Positions 60,069 to 64,000 of a DNA stretch of 64,000 bases are shown here, piece by piece. Source of the stretch: Callorhinchus milii (Eukaryota); assembly GCF_018977255.1 (NCBI RefSeq), contig NW_024704742.1, forward strand, positions 72,294,001 to 72,358,000, written 5' to 3'. How positions within the stretch are numbered: position 1 is the stretch's first letter; every line of letters starts with the position of its first letter. Position numbers and translations under genes: made by a program. The notes under the pieces were generated by a model. That model saw only the letters and a program-made list of their open reading frames with translations. It was not told where the DNA came from and did no database searches.

Positions 60069-63000
60069 GGACCTAACAGAAGGCTGCTGTGTTTCGCCCA
60101 TAAAATCAACAGTCACTGCACTTTACAATGTATTCTGTGAACTTAGTTCAGAATCAACTAAGAAAATTTATTTTGTTGACATAAAGGTGTGCCACCACTA
60201 TTTCAAAGGCAAGAAGGGGGAGACACTTTTCCGGGGGATATAGATCACTATCTAAAAAGGAGAAATCTTAAAGGATATATAGAAAAGGCAGGGCCAAAAC
60301 AAATAGCTCTTTCAGAGAGCCAGCACAGGCACAGGAGGCTGAGTGGCCTCTTTTTGTCCTGCAATATTTTATCCTGTCAAACACAAAGTTCTAATATAAA
60401 TAATCCAGTTAAATCACACAATTAGAAAGGTCACTCTGATACGTGTTCGCTGACCCAAGCAATGCACCTGACCCAATGTACAGATGCCTGGATACTTGCA
60501 TTTGAGGAAAGTACCACTGGAGGACACTGTGTTCTGAAGTTGAATGATGTGCTTCTTCCATTTTACCACTGCCCCACCTAACAACTCTGAGACTGGCAGA
60601 TCCTTTGAGCTGTATTGGTTCTTACTCACTATACCTAGCTAGCACAAGATTAAACAAGATCACACAGAGATTTGAATGAAGAATGTTCTTGTCCTGAAAT
60701 TGCACTCACTTTGCAGCTCTGATCCTGTGTTCTCTTGTTCTCCAAGTAACCAGCCATCTATGGTCTCACCTAGCTCTGTCCAGCAATCATTTGGCTCATG
60801 CATGCTTTTGTTATCAGCTGAGTATTTGACACATGCAAAAACCCATCACCATGCTTCAGAATATGCAAACCATAAATGTATGCCACCTACACATAGAAAT
60901 TTTTCTTGTCTTGAATCGTGTACATATTCACACTTGAGGTACACACCCTACTTATTTACTTCTGGACAGTATTAATTCAGGTTGGCAAGAGCCAAGGTAT
61001 GGGGGCCCCAGAGTGTGCGCTAGGATAACTGCTGGAATTTAACTAGCTAAATCTGCATAACTTATCCTTGAAGGAACTGTCTAGCGAGCTTCCCACTTGT
61101 CCTACCTGTTAGGTATTTGGTTTAGGACTATTCTACTAGTGACTTGTCTGCCCTTCCAAGTCCTTCTAAAGAGCCAGGCTGGCTTTTGGACAAGCTTGAC
61201 TCAGGAACCACACTATCGAGACTGTCACAGAGGATTGAATAGATTCCAATATTTGATTGCCATCCATGTCACCTTGGAACCAGTTCAGCTCCAAAGGGAC
61301 CCTACTTTTATCTCCCCCACCACCCCCACCATACACACACTTCCTGGAGGATAGTCATTAATCGGTCATTAGATATTTGAAAAATGCAGGTTGGAGCGAG
61401 CCCTCACTAGGTGGATGGCAGGTGCCAGACAGGTATCTGGTACTAGGTACCAGGTACAGTAATGTCCCAAAAATAGCCATGAAATGAATGGCCAATTTTA
61501 TCTGGAGATTCTTGGCTAGGACACCGTGAGAAATAACCTTCTCTTAGTGGTCTAAATAGTGTCATGAGATCTTTAGCACGCACCTGAAGAGACAGACAGG
61601 ACCTTGGTTTAACGTCTCCCTGAAGGATGGTATCTCAAACAGTGCAGCACATGCCCCAGCACTGCAATGGAGTGTCTGTCTGGATAGTGTGACCTGAAAC
61701 GGAAATTAGCAAAGCTCATTAGACTGACCATTCCTAGATTCATGAGTCTCATGTGAAGATTTAGCTAAGGTCAAAACACAACAGGAAATGCAATCTTCCA
61801 CATCAGATGTTATGTTGGTGTAAAAAGTGGAATTTCCTTGTATGCTGAATACTACCAGTACATTAGGTTCCCCTTTCCATGATGAAATTGGCAGTGTCAT
61901 TACATGCCATTGATGTGTACAACCAGTAAACAAACACCACTCTCTTGTGAATGTTGGCCAGAGCATTGCCTCTTCATGTTACACGAGTGCTATAAACATG
62001 TAAAGCATCCTGGGTTTGGAGTACAGCTAAAAATATAAACTGCTGACTACCTACCTGAGAGTAAAGGAAGGTCATGCTATATTCTCACATGATTTCTGAA
62101 TGGCTGACTTTTTTGGTGCTCAGTGCTGACCAAGGAAATGTCAATATGATGCAAGTGCTCCTAGATGTCACTGTGTCTTGCAAACTCTTGAGCTCAAAGA
62201 TTAGGCAGCTAGTTAGATAAATTAAGTGCGATTGATAAGATTGATAAGATTTTGTTACATATTGTAAAGTATGACTGCAGATCTCAAAGAATCACGTACC
62301 CATAAAAAGTAAGAAAAATCCTTTACTGACTGGATTATTTCTAATTGTCTGATTTAACAATAAATAGATTGAATGTTTCCTTCCACTCATACTTACTGGA
62401 AGATTTCCACCCCATACTTTATCCCTTTTATTTTCAATATTTACCTGGATTGGTGAGTGTGGATCATTTTGGAATGCTGAAGATCACTTGAGTACAGCAA
62501 AAGGGAAGAGAGACACGTAGGAAAGGGATTAGGAGAAGTGGAGCCTTATGTGGAGTATATAAATGGCCGCAACTGGGTGAAATGGCTTGCTGCATTCCCC
62601 TCCCCTCCCTGCCCACCATCAGTGGCTGGGCTTACAAAGACTAACACACGAACACACAGTCATTCCACTTCACAGTAAATCCTGTGAAACATTTTGGGAT
62701 GTCCTCCCAACATCAAAGGCGCTATATCAAATGCAAGGATTATTATTATTGTTATGTCTTGTCGACGAGAAACTGGTGAAGGAGAAGCCGCTGGTAGATA
62801 CAAAGTGAGAACTTTGGTATAGGTAAGAGTGAAATCAGGAAAGGAAAGAACCTTGAAGATGGAACTGAGAGGAAACGTGATGGAGTAGGTTAGAATGGTC
62901 GACAGTGTTGAAGGTGGCAGAGTGATGAAGAAGCAGTTTGTCTTTAGAAATGACACAACTGGGTGAAAGAAACATCTACCTGAATCTTTACATTGTGTTT

Positions 63001-64000
63001 TTTTGAAACTTTACGATAACATCAAAAATGCTTGCAGCCTTAATTGACCCATAAATTAATGGGTAATGGTGGCTGGATAAAGTTGAGGGAAGGAAAGCCA
63101 TGCCTAAACCAGCAGATCTGTGTGAGCGTGTAACAATGTTAAAGTCAAATGGGAGCTGAGAACCCCATGTTAAGCATAGGGTTTTTTCTACATGTGTCAG
63201 AAAATCAGCTGACCTGCTAAGAGGATCCAAACCAGACAGAGGGTTCCATGGGGGATTACTGCAAAGATGCCTACAACATCCAACAAGCATTGTTTGAGTT
63301 CCAGGACATCATAATAATGAGGCTGAGATGCTGAATAACTGAAAAAATCATGAAGTCAATCTAATATTTGCTTTTACTTGAAATTACTCTTGAGATTACT
63401 CTTACTTGATACGTTGCAAACATATTCTCTGCACAAATTTATAGCATATCTAAATCATTGAGCTGGTCTCTGGCATTAGCAAGACTCGGGAGCCTGCGGT
63501 CATTCCCTATGTTAGGATGGCAGAAGTGGTGATTGATTGTGGATATGTATTGTAAGTACATTTAAAGTATCATGGGCCACGTGGCTAGCAATTAATAAAG
63601 TACTTTAGGTTATTATGTTTGTCTATGTTCAGTCGTCCATGCTTCTTTGGACAAGGCAATAAGCACACATGTGCTTCGATCAAATATCAGCCAAGATTTT
63701 CAGAGAAGCTCGAGAGCTATTTTTGTTGTTCCCTGTTGCTCTGTAATGATTGGAGAGGTACACATGTGGAAAGCATCCTCTAAACTATTTTAGATCAACT
63801 CCTCTTACGACTCTGGAATCCTGGCACTAACTGCCACTTGCTGCAAATGAAAACAAGGTTAGCTGATTTAAAATAAAAATGTGGGCACTTGAGCAACTGA
63901 GATTCAATCTGTTTTATTCCTGTAATTACAATCCAATCTTTCCCCCCTAAAATGGGTAGTGCTAAATTCTCTCATATTTTATAGCCTCAAGGCGTATGTG

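Noticed and set aside
61700..63700. Coding exons in the terminal unique region
   Set aside because: The short ORFs have no recognisable motifs, and candidate exons contain stops.

Overview
Repeat-rich vertebrate genomic DNA. The repeat families (L2 and CR1 LINEs, Penelope elements, tRNA/Deu-domain SINEs with L2-like tails, a Tx1-type L1, shark-type minisatellites) point to a cartilaginous fish (shark or chimaera); this is an inference. One host gene is supported: an apolipoprotein L (ApoL) family gene on the + strand. I reconstructed it by hand as five phase-compatible coding exons (26634-26679, 27354-27431, 29704-29781, 30883-30910, 31730-32618; 1119 nt, 372 aa). Its N-terminus is unusual: a Cys cluster, then two duplicated 78-nt symmetric exons encoding His/Pro/Gln/Gly-rich repeats. 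Other notable items are a decayed endogenous retrovirus (protease, retroviral-type RNase H, env-like gene with no gamma-type signature), an intronless Ig-like glycoprotein ORF, two Gypsy remnants, a MITE-like element, hammerhead ribozyme motifs in Penelope ends, and a SINE whose 3' stem-loop appears to have been updated to match the youngest L2. Most ORFs in the supplied track are retroelement or low-complexity artefacts. Repeat boundaries are approximate and no database searches were run.
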